NCBI GenBank assembly: GCA_963713865.1
Contig: OY970208.1
Coordinates: forward strand, 672,001 to 736,000
Length of the DNA: 64,000 bases
Reading direction: 5' to 3'
From: an uncultured candidate division Zixibacteria bacterium
GTDB lineage: Bacteria; Zixibacteria; MSB-5A5; RBG-16-43-9
Below are positions 1 through 9,307 of the stretch, piece after piece; positions within the stretch are counted from its first letter, which is position 1; each line of letters starts with the position of its first letter. The translations under genes and the position numbers were made by a program. Under the pieces are notes generated by a model. The model saw only the letters and a program-made list of their open reading frames with translations. It was not told where the DNA came from and made no database searches.

Positions 1-250
1 GCAGGCGTTTGATTATGACAGCCTTTTGCCTTGCTTTTCCTCGGATTTCAGAAAACCAATTGGAGACACATATGGTGGCTGAGAAGATTAGTCCGAGCCA
101 ACAAAATCCGAGATAATCGAGCTTGATCTTTTCCAGTCCGAGTGACTTCGATGTGTCGGTCGGCAAAAGGATTACGAAAAGACAGACGAAGAATACTCCC
201 CAAGCGTACTTCGCTACTGCCTCAAGTATTGTTGATATAGCTTCAATCAT
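1..250 (-). CDS. Small two-TM membrane protein, SieB (superinfection exclusion B)-like; 3' end runs off the window
   Basis: Manual translation from ATG 250: MIEAISTILEAVAKYAWGVFFVCLFVILLPTDTSKSLGLEKIKLDYLGFCWLGLIFSATICVSNWFSEIRGKARQKAVIIKRL...; two hydrophobic segments with LLP...LGL, then a basic stretch. Confidence 0.55.
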   Translation of the reverse strand, partial: MIEAISTILEAVAKYAWGVFFVCLFVILLPTDTSKSLGLEKIKLDYLGFCWLGLIFSATICVSNWFSEIRGKARQKAVIIKRL

Positions 251-336
251 ATCTTACGTCCAACATAGTTTTATCTACACTAATTAAATTGCTTTCACTA
301 TCTTTCTTGACCATATAAACCCCCTCCAAACCTCCC

Positions 337-420
337 CACATTCTTAATGACAGACTGTACTTCTCGCCATAGGTCACGCTTGTGAACAAGAAGAAATTCG
401 AGGCCATTTAGATGGGAATG
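337..420 (-). pseudogene. N-terminal fragment of a BglII/BstYI-family type II restriction endonuclease
   Basis: Frame reads HSHLNGLEFLLVHKRDLWREVQSVIKNV, which resembles the SHLNGLEFLLVH start of this family; no in-frame start; similarity ends at a half REP-like G-rich motif. Confidence 0.65.
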
Positions 421-572
421 TATTTTTCAAAAATATCAATCTCGTCATAATCAGGATTAAAGTCCCTCATTAAAGTTTTTTTCCTATTATCTGCTAAATG
501 TCGAGTAAAAAATATTTCAGGCTCCTGAATAAAACCTCTTTTGACAAAGGTTAAAATCCATATTTTTTTCAT
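408..572 (-). CDS. 54-aa hypothetical protein
   Basis: ATG 572 to TAA 408: MKKIWILTFVKRGFIQEPEIFFTRHLADNRKKTLMRDFNPDYDEIDIFEKYIPI; starts 2 nt after the stop of the upstream gene, with AAGGAG upstream. Confidence 0.6.
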   Translation of the reverse strand: MKKIWILTFVKRGFIQEPEIFFTRHLADNRKKTLMRDFNPDYDEIDIFEKYIPI

Positions 573-574
573 TC

Positions 575-1480
575 TTACACTCCTTTCATTCTCTTAAACC
601 AGCTATACACATCTCTATATTCCATAAAGTTGCAAATATCGGTCAATCCACTCGTCCTAAAGGTGGGACGACCGATCTGCCTTAGGAACATAGACCGCCT
701 TGTATCATTTGAGACAATGTTGAATTTTAGTTTCAAATTAGGTTCAATAAGATGCATATCATTAAATCTGAGTAACCCAGAATATATCGGCGTTGAATAT
801 TCAACTTCGAAAATTGCGGTTAGCTCACTAGAACCTCTCTGAATCCATATAACATCAACTTCCCTGATAATATTGTCAACCTTTTCATATCGCACTGGCA
901 AATCACTTCTACAAGCGTATTCTTCTGCCAAGCTCCAATCCAATTTATTTCTATCATTTAATGGTATCCAGATGTCATGACCTTTTATTGTCCCTATTGA
1001 GCCGATCAAAGTTTGAATTTGAGAATGACCGAGGTCCGGCATAACCACAATCTTATTTTTATCGATCAGATTATCTAAAATATGCCATCCATAAAAACCC
1101 TCTATATTGAACCGACCAGCATTGGCAATATAAAGCTCGGTTTCCTCACCAGGATAAATCTGAACCTTGTATTGACCATCAGAAGCTGGCGTCAGAGAGT
1201 TGAATATTTCTTCAAAATCTGTAAAAGGTACAAAAACAGGCTCTGTTTGAGTATCCCATAAAAAGCAAATAACAGAATTAACTCCTTCCAATTGTTTTAT
1301 ATCATCTCGCCGTAATCCAAAAAATGTCTTGTCTCTATCGTGAACTTTTGAATATCTTATATATATTCGTGCTAAGCCATCGCCTATCTCAAATAAAGAG
1401 AGACTGTTCGGTAATCGTTTTGGTTTACCATATTTACTTCTTAATTGTTCTAGAAAAGCTTTCTTAAATGGATTTGCCAT
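575..1480 (-). CDS. Putative PD-(D/E)xK-like restriction-endonuclease-fold protein
   Basis: 301 aa; C-terminal HSQIQTL..IG..KGHDIWIP.NDR...VDVIW...FEVEYSTPIYSGLLRFND pattern; lies between R-M remnants. Confidence 0.55.
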   Translation of the reverse strand: MANPFKKAFLEQLRSKYGKPKRLPNSLSLFEIGDGLARIYIRYSKVHDRDKTFFGLRRDDIKQLEGVNSVICFLWDTQTEPVFVPFTDFEEIFNSLTPASDGQYKVQIYPGEETELYIANAGRFNIEGFYGWHILDNLIDKNKIVVMPDLGHSQIQTLIGSIGTIKGHDIWIPLNDRNKLDWSLAEEYACRSDLPVRYEKVDNIIREVDVIWIQRGSSELTAIFEVEYSTPIYSGLLRFNDMHLIEPNLKLKFNIVSNDTRRSMFLRQIGRPTFRTSGLTDICNFMEYRDVYSWFKRMKGV

Positions 1481-1508
1481 AGGATTGTTATAACGTAATT
1501 TCAGTTTA

Positions 1509-1655
1509 TCATCGCACCTGCCCCACGGTGATTGTGACGATTAGTTGCAATGACTCATCCGGTATGGTCTTCAGTAGTTCTATACAATCACCGGGATAAA
1601 CAACAATTTGCTCTGACAGTGCAAATTTCTGAACTATTTTTCTCTTGTCGAACAT
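1509..1655 (-). pseudogene. Truncated N-terminus of a beta-class N4/N6 DNA methyltransferase
   Basis: 48-aa ORF MFDKRKIVQKFALSEQIVVYPGDCIELLKTIPDESLQLIVT-ITVGQVR*; GDC.ELL..IPDES.QLIVT normally precedes catalytic SPPY, which is absent. Confidence 0.75.
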
Positions 1656-1700
1656 AATACTATGATAATAAAATGTAGGTTTAGAGTCAACGGATTCATT

Positions 1701-3137
1701 TTATTTCCCTATACAAAACTCCGAAAAAATCTTATTCAGTATATCTTCAGTTACAACCTTCCCTACAATCTCACCGATTGAATCTAAAGCAACTCTCAAA
1801 TCTAAAGCCACAAATTCAAAGCTCATATTTTTCAAAAGGCTATCCTTAGCCAGAGATAGAGATTGAACTGCTTTTGCTAATGCTTCTTTATGTCTTAAAT
1901 TACTAATTAATCCGCCTAAGGCGGACTGGTCAAGTCCTTTTTTGGAAAAGAAGACCTCAGAGGCAATTTTATCTTTTAATTCCTCTATACCCCAGCCTTT
2001 CAAAGCTGAGATATTATGAATTTTTTTAGATATTTCTTTTTGCTCTAATCCTTCAGAGAGCTTCTTTTCTATTTCTTTGACTTTTTCATCTGAGACTAAA
2101 TCCACCTTATTAATCGCAATTATATAACTAAAATCAGCTAATTCTTTTTCTAAGTCTTTATCCTCTTTTGTTATACCGGTCTCCGCATCAACAACAAAAA
2201 CTATGAAGTCAGCTTTACTTATCTCAATCTTTGTCTTTTTAATCCCTTCGATCTCGATCTTATCTTTAGAGACCCTGAACCCCGCTGTATCGGTCAACCT
2301 CACCGGCAAACCTTTGAAATTAGTATATTCGCTGATCACATCCCTGGTAGTCCCTGGAATTGGGGTAACAATAGCCCGCTCCTCTTTTAAGAATGCGTTT
2401 AAAAGGGAAGATTTGCCAACATTGGTCTTTCCCACAATCACAACCCTTAATCCTTCTCTCAAAATCTTCCCCTCTTCGTAGGTCTCGATCAAACTTTTTA
2501 TCTGGGATTCAATCTTCTCTATCTTTTCTAAAACAAAAGACCTGTCCAGATCCTCAATCTCTTCCTCTGGAAAATCTATCCTTGCTTCCAATTCAGCTAA
2601 AATAGAAATCAACTCTTCCTGGATGAGATTTAGTTTTTCAGATAATTCACCCTGAAGATGTTTCAGGCTGTGTTTCAGGCTCAAATCTGTCTTCGCCTTT
2701 ATGATCTCAGCCACTGCTTCAGCCTGGGCTAAATCGATCCGTCCGTTTAAAAAAGCCCTGAGTGTAAATTCCCCAGGATTGGCAAGTCTTGCCCCACACT
2801 TTATTATCTCCTCAAGCACCCTGCAAAGAACAAGAGGGCTTCCATGACAGCTTATCTCGACCAGGTCTTCTTTGGTATAGCTTTTAGGTGCCCTGAAGAC
2901 TGTAAGATAAACTTCGTCTATCACCTGCCTGGAATCCGGAGAAATTAGCTTTCCATAATTTGCTTTATGGCTTTCTGCTTTGCTAAGTGATATTTCCCCT
3001 TTGAAGATTTTATCAGCAATAAAAATAGCTTTTTTGCCGCTAATTCTTACTATACCGATTCCGCTTTCTCCAAAGGGAGTAGAAATAGCTGTTATGGTAT
3101 CTTCTGTGTCAGAGAGATACCCCAAAGATTTCTCCAT
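1701..3137 (-). CDS. mnmE: tRNA modification GTPase MnmE/TrmE
   Basis: DTITAISTP.G..GIGIVRISG, GKTNVGKSS, GTTRD, DTAG, NKVD, C-terminal FCIGK. Confidence 0.97.
   Translation of the reverse strand: MEKSLGYLSDTEDTITAISTPFGESGIGIVRISGKKAIFIADKIFKGEISLSKAESHKANYGKLISPDSRQVIDEVYLTVFRAPKSYTKEDLVEISCHGSPLVLCRVLEEIIKCGARLANPGEFTLRAFLNGRIDLAQAEAVAEIIKAKTDLSLKHSLKHLQGELSEKLNLIQEELISILAELEARIDFPEEEIEDLDRSFVLEKIEKIESQIKSLIETYEEGKILREGLRVVIVGKTNVGKSSLLNAFLKEERAIVTPIPGTTRDVISEYTNFKGLPVRLTDTAGFRVSKDKIEIEGIKKTKIEISKADFIVFVVDAETGITKEDKDLEKELADFSYIIAINKVDLVSDEKVKEIEKKLSEGLEQKEISKKIHNISALKGWGIEELKDKIASEVFFSKKGLDQSALGGLISNLRHKEALAKAVQSLSLAKDSLLKNMSFEFVALDLRVALDSIGEIVGKVVTEDILNKIFSEFCIGK
1911..1925. repeat. 15-bp palindrome TCCGCCTAAGGCGGA in frame inside mnmE (encodes SALGG)
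   Basis: Near-identical palindromes occur in intergenic DNA at 14813, 15361, 27042 and 39895. Confidence 0.7.
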
Positions 3138-3153
3138 ATTCTTGAACTCTTAT

Positions 3154-4809
3154 CTAAACAGTAGCCACTTTGGGCTTGGTCTTGGACTTAATATAATATT
3201 GTTCGATCAAAGAGAGGATATTGAAGAAGGTCCAGTAAAGTGTTAGCCCGGCGGGAAAACTCTTAAACAGGAAGAAAAATAAAATAGGCATCATATAAAC
3301 CATAGCCATCTGCTTTGGGTCTTTTATAGTCATCTTTTGCTGCCAGAACATAGTAACTGCCATTATTACAGGTAAAATGTAATATTTATCCATTTGAGAT
3401 AAATCATTTAACCAAAAAATGAATTTAGCACCTCTTAATTCTATTGTGCTTCTGAAAACGACAAATAGACCATAAAACAAAGGCATCTGAAGTAAAAGCG
3501 GAAGACACCCTCCAAAAGGATTAACCTTTTCATCTTTATACAGCTTCATAATCTCTTGATTCATTCTCTGTGGGTCTTTTTTATATTTCTCTTTTAAAGC
3601 TGCCATTTTAGGCTGTAAATCTTGCATTTTGGCAGCAGAGGTAACGCTTTTATGAGTTAAAGGATGAAAAAGAATCTTTATTAAAATCGTAAAAACGATA
3701 ATCACCAGCCCATAATTGGGAATAACCTTATGCAGATTAACGAATATCCATAAGACTGCTAAAGAAAATGGTTTAATAATCTTCCAGCCTAAGTCAACTA
3801 TATTCTCCAAACCGATTTTATAATTTTTTAAGATGTGGTGATCGATGGGTCCAACATAAACCATAAAACTATCCTGAAAAGAATCACCCGATGCGGGAAT
3901 CTTTATAGATACCCCGATCTTTTTCTCTTCTATTTTTTTATTCTGCAAATACTTTACTGTCCGGATCCCTTCTGCTTTAAATCCTGCTCCTGGCTTGGAA
4001 ATCGGGACCAGAGAGGCGATGAAATATTTACTTCGAGTGGCCACCCATTTGGTTTCACCTGACCTATCCTCTTCTATCCTCCCGATATCTGAACCCTTGG
4101 GCTGCTGGAAGCTTTTGATTTTGATAACTTCTGTACCCATCAAGGAGTAGGCGCCAAAATAGGAGAAATCTTCAAATTTGTTAATCTCCGTAGGTTTGAG
4201 TCCACCATCCCAGGAAAGCACATAGTATCTTCCCAGTTTCTTGTCCTTTGAGGAGATTTCAAACTGGAGTTGAAAATCGTACCTGTTTTCAAAAAAAAGA
4301 AATCTTTTTATAATATTTAATCCCTTTTCATCTGAAAAAGTAAAAGTTAAAGTATCAACCGGATGAGCCTTAGAGAGAAAAAGAGTGTCTTTATCCACGC
4401 TGAAATCGAGCTGGCTTAAATTCAGGGTTAAATCAGGAAAAGTTATATTTAAAGGGTAAATTGTATCTGAAGGGATAATCTCAATAGGTCCATCCTGGGA
4501 ATACCTGTATTTTTTAAAAGTAAAACTTTTTAGAATAGCTCCTTTTGTGCTGAAAACCCCTCGGTAAAGAGAATTTTCTACAAAAACTTCTTTCTCCGGC
4601 AGCGAGGCCGAAGCAGAAGAAATTACAGCCAGGCTTTCCTGGGGAGGCTTTTCCTCTTTTCCCTGCAGAGTTAGACTATCCGAAATCACTACCTCCTGTT
4701 TAGGTGGAGGAGTAATACCTTTGCCGCCGGTGATCAAATGAACATAATAAGGGTATAATACTACGATAATACCCACGATGAGCAATCCGATTACAGTCCT
4801 TTTATCCAA
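3154..4809 (-). CDS. yidC: Membrane protein insertase YidC
   Basis: N-terminal TM, periplasmic domain, NYG..II..TI, NPFGGCLPLLLQMP, GLTLYW; canonical position. Confidence 0.97.
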   Translation of the reverse strand: MDKRTVIGLLIVGIIVVLYPYYVHLITGGKGITPPPKQEVVISDSLTLQGKEEKPPQESLAVISSASASLPEKEVFVENSLYRGVFSTKGAILKSFTFKKYRYSQDGPIEIIPSDTIYPLNITFPDLTLNLSQLDFSVDKDTLFLSKAHPVDTLTFTFSDEKGLNIIKRFLFFENRYDFQLQFEISSKDKKLGRYYVLSWDGGLKPTEINKFEDFSYFGAYSLMGTEVIKIKSFQQPKGSDIGRIEEDRSGETKWVATRSKYFIASLVPISKPGAGFKAEGIRTVKYLQNKKIEEKKIGVSIKIPASGDSFQDSFMVYVGPIDHHILKNYKIGLENIVDLGWKIIKPFSLAVLWIFVNLHKVIPNYGLVIIVFTILIKILFHPLTHKSVTSAAKMQDLQPKMAALKEKYKKDPQRMNQEIMKLYKDEKVNPFGGCLPLLLQMPLFYGLFVVFRSTIELRGAKFIFWLNDLSQMDKYYILPVIMAVTMFWQQKMTIKDPKQMAMVYMMPILFFFLFKSFPAGLTLYWTFFNILSLIEQYYIKSKTKPKVATV

Positions 4810-5059
4810 TTCTTTTCTCCTCAGGCAAATCTACCTTTTTTAGATTATATTTCAAGACCGGGTCATATCCTCCAGTAGAAAAAGGATTACATCTTAAAAT
4901 CCTTTTAAGGGAGAGCCAGCCTCCCTTTAATACCCCGAAGGATTGTAATGCCTGGATAGAATATTCAGAGCAGGAAGGGTAGTATCTACAACTCGGAGGG
5001 AATATGATTCCCAGGGTGTTCTGATAGATTCTAATTAAAAAAATGAAAAATTTATTCAT
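4802..5059 (-). CDS. yidD: Membrane protein insertion efficiency factor YidD
   Basis: CRYYPSCSEY...RILRCNPF..GGYDPV. Confidence 0.95.
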   Translation of the reverse strand: MNKFFIFLIRIYQNTLGIIFPPSCRYYPSCSEYSIQALQSFGVLKGGWLSLKRILRCNPFSTGGYDPVLKYNLKKVDLPEEKRIG

Positions 5060-5405
5060 CCGATTTTTGTTTGAGTTTAACCAGGTCCAGAAATTCAGTT
5101 AAAATATCATTATACCTTAAATTTTTTCCCTTAGACCGGTAGATCAGGATTACTCTCTCGCCCGGAAAAAATTTCTCCTTGTTTTTTCTGATTACCTCTC
5201 TCAAGATCCTTTTTACTCTGTTCCTCTTGACTGCCCCCTTTAATCCGGAACTAACTCCGATCCCGAATTTTATATTTTCTTCTTTACTTTCCAAGCGCAA
5301 AAGAATTAGATCCTGACCAAAGGTCCTAACCCCTTTTCTCATTACCTCTTCCCATTCTTTTTTCTTTTTAATTCGAAGAGATTTAGGAAACCCCTCCTTT
5401 TTCAT
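5052..5405 (-). CDS. rnpA: Ribonuclease P protein component
   Basis: FPKSLRI..., AVKRNRVKR (RNR motif); lies between rpmH and yidD. Confidence 0.93.
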   Translation of the reverse strand: MKKEGFPKSLRIKKKKEWEEVMRKGVRTFGQDLILLRLESKEENIKFGIGVSSGLKGAVKRNRVKRILREVIRKNKEKFFPGERVILIYRSKGKNLRYNDILTEFLDLVKLKQKSDE

Positions 5406-5554
5406 TATTTGCCTTTAACCTTTACGGTCAGCCTTTTTCTTTTTTTCGTCCTTCTCCGCTTTAAAACCTTTATGCCACCTTTGGTCTTAATCCTTTTCCT
5501 GAAGCCATGACCCCTTAGCTTTTTTATCCTTGAAGGCTGATAAGTTCTTTTCAT
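5405..5554 (-). CDS. rpmH: 50S ribosomal protein L34
   Basis: Not in the ORF track; manual translation [49 protein letters not shown] (49 aa); GAGGAG RBS upstream. Confidence 0.97.
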   Translation of the reverse strand: MKRTYQPSRIKKLRGHGFRKRIKTKGGIKVLKRRRTKKRKRLTVKVKGK

Positions 5555-5592
5555 TTCTCACGTCTCCTCTGAATTCATTCTGCTTTTCAAGT

Positions 5593-5621
5593 ATTATATA
5601 ATCCGCTTTGGACGGAGTCAA
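5593..5621 (-). promoter_or_regulatory. Sigma70-type promoter of the rpmH operon
   Basis: TTGACT-N17-TATAAT on the minus strand about 40 nt upstream of rpmH. Confidence 0.75.
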
Positions 5622-6009
5622 GCGAAAAGAAAGGCAGATTTACATCTTTTTTTCTTATCATCTTTATCTGAATAAAGATAACCGTCTGTTTGATTTTAAA
5701 ACATAAAAATATCACAACCGATTTTCAAAAATTGCTGAAAATATTTTAAATAAAATCTTTTTAATCTATACTTCATTAACGGATTAAATTTTTTCAAAAG
5801 TTTTTTTCTAAAATCTCTTGACAAGTAATAAAAGAGTCCTATTATCAAGACAGAAACTGATGGAGGGAATTTAAGAGTATAGATTTTAATTTGAAAGAGG
5901 AGATTTTATCCAAAAGATATATTCATAGAATTTGAAATTTATTGTTTATAATTAAGGGCTATTCTATAGATATAACCTTATAACCCTAAGCCCAGCAAAG
6001 GATATTTTT

Positions 6010-6038
6010 TTATACACATCTGTGGATAACCTTCCACA
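6010..6038. promoter_or_regulatory. DnaA boxes upstream of dnaA
   Basis: TTATACACA 6010-6018, TGTGGATAA 6021-6029 (perfect consensus), degenerate CCTTCCACA 6030-6038. Confidence 0.8.
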
Positions 6039-6090
6039 TCTAAGGGAATAGGACTGTTTATTTATCAAGACTCAAAATCGAGAAATAGTT

Positions 6091-7458
6091 ATGCCTTTAA
6101 ACAACGAAAAGGTCTGGGAAGAATGTCTTGACATTCTCAGCCAGAAAATAAAAAAACAGAGTTTTCATACCTGGCTCAGACCCACCAAGGGGGTCTCCTG
6201 TGAGGAGAAGACGTTGAAGGTGGCAGTACCTAACAAATTTGTGGCAGAGTGGCTGGAAGAGCATTACCTGGAACAAATTCATGAGGCCATAGATAAAGTA
6301 ACCCGGGAGAGTCTGCCTCTTTCCTTTTTGATCTCAACGGAGATGGGCGAGACCTTAACCAGAATAAACTTTGAGGAGACAGAAAGGGAGGGAGCCGTTC
6401 TTTTAAAAAAATCTTTATTAAGTCAGAAAAAAAATTGCCAGTTCAATCCCAGATATACCTTTGAGACCTTTGTGGTGGGAGAGAGTAATCAGTTTGCCCA
6501 TGCAGCTGCTTTAGCTGTAGCGGAAGCACCGGGAAAAACCAAGTTTAACCCTTTCTTTATTTACGGGGGGGTGGGATTGGGGAAAACCCATCTGGCTCAG
6601 GCTATCGGGCATTATGTGAACGAAGAATATGTAGAGCTAAACGTGCTCTATGCCACCAGCGAGAAGTTCACCAACGACTTCATAAATTCAATAACCAATA
6701 ATACCTCTCAGGAGTTCGTGAACTTTTATCGAAATGTCGATCTTCTCCTTTTAGACGATATTCAGTTTTTGGCTGGCAAGGAGAGCACGCAGGTTCAATT
6801 CTTCCATACCTTCAATGCCCTTTACCAGAGCGGCAAGCAGATAGTCTTAACTTCAGACCGTCCGCCTAAGGAGATCAAAGGATTAGAGGAAAGGCTCTTA
6901 TCCAGGATGCAATGGGGTCTGGTTACAGATATCCAGCCGCCGGATTTGGAAACCAGGATCGCCATCCTTCAGAAAAAAAGCGAATCGGATGGTATAACCA
7001 TCCCCCAGGAAATAGCAGTATTCATTGCAGACAATGTAACTTCTAATATCCGGGAATTGGAAGGTGCACTAATCCGTCTTTTAGCTTATTCCTCCTTAAA
7101 TGGCAAGGAACTGAGCGTTGATTTATCCAAAGAGGTTTTAAAAGATGTTATTAAAAACGGCTCTAAGGAGATAACCATAAGCGATATTCGAAAAAAAGTG
7201 GCAGAAAGTTTTAACCTTTCCGAGGAAAACCTTTGTTCCAAGAAAAAAACACAAGAGATTGCCATAGCCCGGCAGGTAGCAATGTATTTAGCCCGGAGCC
7301 TGACCAAAGCCTCCCTGAAAACCATCGGCTTGGAATTCGGGGGAAGAGATCATTCCACAGTAATTCATGCCTATAATCTGATCGTGGAATATTTAAAAAA
7401 AGATCTGGATTTTAAATTAAAGGTCGATGGGATTATCAACTTTTTGTATTCATCCTAA
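6091..7458 (+). CDS. dnaA: Chromosomal replication initiator DnaA
   Basis: FNPRYTFETFV, GGVGLGKTHL, LLLDDIQFL, SNIRELEGAL, GGRDHSTVIHA. Confidence 0.99.
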   Translation: MPLNNEKVWEECLDILSQKIKKQSFHTWLRPTKGVSCEEKTLKVAVPNKFVAEWLEEHYLEQIHEAIDKVTRESLPLSFLISTEMGETLTRINFEETEREGAVLLKKSLLSQKKNCQFNPRYTFETFVVGESNQFAHAAALAVAEAPGKTKFNPFFIYGGVGLGKTHLAQAIGHYVNEEYVELNVLYATSEKFTNDFINSITNNTSQEFVNFYRNVDLLLLDDIQFLAGKESTQVQFFHTFNALYQSGKQIVLTSDRPPKEIKGLEERLLSRMQWGLVTDIQPPDLETRIAILQKKSESDGITIPQEIAVFIADNVTSNIRELEGALIRLLAYSSLNGKELSVDLSKEVLKDVIKNGSKEITISDIRKKVAESFNLSEENLCSKKKTQEIAIARQVAMYLARSLTKASLKTIGLEFGGRDHSTVIHAYNLIVEYLKKDLDFKLKVDGIINFLYSS

Positions 7459-7485
7459 TTTGTCGAATTTGACCTTGAGGGATAC

Positions 7486-7700
7486 TGTGGATAAACTGTG
7501 GATTAGATGGGAGGAAAAGATTTTTTAAATTTTATTGTTGAAATATCTCTAATTTATTAATATCTTATCAACCAAAGAGATTTATATAATACATATTAAA
7601 ATATATGCACTATAAAGAGTTAATGAAAAACAAAATGAAGTTATCCCTAAATCCACAGTATTATTAATTATATATATTTATTAAAATAATTAAGGAGGAA
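7486..7700. promoter_or_regulatory. oriC: Probable oriC unwinding region (dnaA-dnaN intergenic)
   Basis: TGTGGATAA 7486-7494, TGTGGATTA 7497-7505, tandem TTATCCCTA/AAATCCACA 7641-7657, then TAT-TAT-TAA triplets and an A/T-only tract. Confidence 0.8.
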
Positions 7701-7704
7701 GAAA

Positions 7705-8820
7705 ATGAAGTTCACAATTTTAAAAAGTAAGCTCCTTTCTGCTCTTCAGGATATTGTCAATGTAGTTCCCAGTAAAACTACTTTGCCGGTTTTATCTCAC
7801 CTGCTCTTAGAAACGGATGATTCCAAATTAAAATTAGCCGCTACAGACTTAGATATATCAATTGTAACTACCATACCGGCAAATGTGATAAAAAAAGGCG
7901 GGATAACTATTCCGGCTAAAACCTTAACTGATATAATCAGGGAATCACCCGAGACCCAGATAGAGATAAATACCACTGAAAACCGGATGGAGCTAAAGAT
8001 CGATCAAGGTGTATATAAATTACCAGGCTTGCCAGTGGATGAGTTCCCTAAATTACCAACGGTAAATCTATCCAAAGAGATAAAAATATCCGGTACAGAT
8101 TTATGCCGGATGATAAGAAAAACCATCTTTGCTATTTCTATGGATGAAACCAGACCTGCTTTAAATGGTGTTCTGTGGCACACCAAAGGTGAAAATATGC
8201 AGATGGTAGCCACAGATGGTCACCGCTTAACAAAATTTTCCAGAGTAAATAAAAAATTAAAAGGGTTACACGAAGATGTGATCGTACCACCGAAGATCTT
8301 AAATCTTTTACTCAGGTTAATCGGAGATCAGGATAAAGAGATTGGGGTGATTTTCGAGGAAAAAAATCTAATCTTCGATTTAGGGGATACGATTTTATCC
8401 ACCCGGTTAATAGAAGGACCTTACCCGAACTTCGAACAGGTTATACCCAAGGATAACGATAAAAAATTAATCGTGGATAAGGAGCTTTTAGCTTCAACCG
8501 TGAGAAGGGTTTCAATACTTTCAAATATGCTCACCCATCAGGTGAAATTCTCAATAAAAAAAGATAGTCTAGAGCTTTCTTCTGCCAACTTCGACCTGGG
8601 TGGAGAGGCCAAGGAGAAAATCCCCTGCGAATACAAAAACGATGAGATGGATATCGGTTATAATGCCCTTTACATTCAGGACGTCTTAAAACAGACCGAT
8701 GGGGATGAGGTGGTTTTTGAGTTCTCCAGCCCGGTCTCAGCCGGTGTGGTCTATTCAACCCAGAAAAAAGAAGATGAAGATTATCTCTGCCTGATAATGC
8801 CCCTGAGGTTGGTGGAATAG
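7705..8820 (+). CDS. dnaN: DNA polymerase III beta clamp
   Basis: LAATDLD, MVATDGHRL, RLIEGPYPNFEQVIP, IMPLRL; AAGGAGG RBS. Confidence 0.99.
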   Translation: MKFTILKSKLLSALQDIVNVVPSKTTLPVLSHLLLETDDSKLKLAATDLDISIVTTIPANVIKKGGITIPAKTLTDIIRESPETQIEINTTENRMELKIDQGVYKLPGLPVDEFPKLPTVNLSKEIKISGTDLCRMIRKTIFAISMDETRPALNGVLWHTKGENMQMVATDGHRLTKFSRVNKKLKGLHEDVIVPPKILNLLLRLIGDQDKEIGVIFEEKNLIFDLGDTILSTRLIEGPYPNFEQVIPKDNDKKLIVDKELLASTVRRVSILSNMLTHQVKFSIKKDSLELSSANFDLGGEAKEKIPCEYKNDEMDIGYNALYIQDVLKQTDGDEVVFEFSSPVSAGVVYSTQKKEDEDYLCLIMPLRLVE

Positions 8821-8856
8821 TCCCATTTTTTTCGAAATTATATTTTTATAAATTCC

Positions 8857-8903
8857 AAGGGGAAAGAGTTTTATTTCGTATATAATTAAAAATCTTTCCC
8901 CTT
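8857..8903 (+). terminator. Hairpin after dnaN, possible terminator
   Basis: AAGGGGAAAGA...TCTTTCCCCTT inverted repeat followed by a T-rich tract. Confidence 0.5.
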
Positions 8904-8977
8904 ATTTTTCTTTCAAAAAAAATCGTAAGTCCAAGAAAAATAGTTGCTTATTAAAATCGTAGATATTATATTAAAAT

Positions 8978-9280
8978 ATGAAGATAAGGGATAAAAAAGG
9001 ACCAGAAAGCCTGGGAGGAGTTCTTCAGAACCTCTTAAGGAACTTGGGATTAGAGAAAAGAATAAAGGAACAAGAGCTGGTTTTCAACTGGGATAAAATC
9101 GTCGGTGAGAAAATAGCAGATAAAGCTAAGGCGTATAAGATAGAAGGGAATAAACTTTTTGTCAGGGTTGAAAGCTCTTGCTGGAGGAATGAGCTTTTTT
9201 ATCTTAAAAAAAGTATCATTGAAAAATTAAATCAGTCAGTAAAAAAAGAGATAGTAAAGGATATAATCTTCCTCAATTAA
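8978..9280 (+). CDS. DUF721 / DciA-family helicase-operating protein
   Basis: W.KIVGE.IA....A.KI..NKLFVRV.SS.WR.EL; conserved position between dnaN and gyrB. Confidence 0.85.
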   Translation: MKIRDKKGPESLGGVLQNLLRNLGLEKRIKEQELVFNWDKIVGEKIADKAKAYKIEGNKLFVRVESSCWRNELFYLKKSIIEKLNQSVKKEIVKDIIFLN

Positions 9281-9307
9281 ATTTTTGATTATTATCTATT
9301 TTTGATA

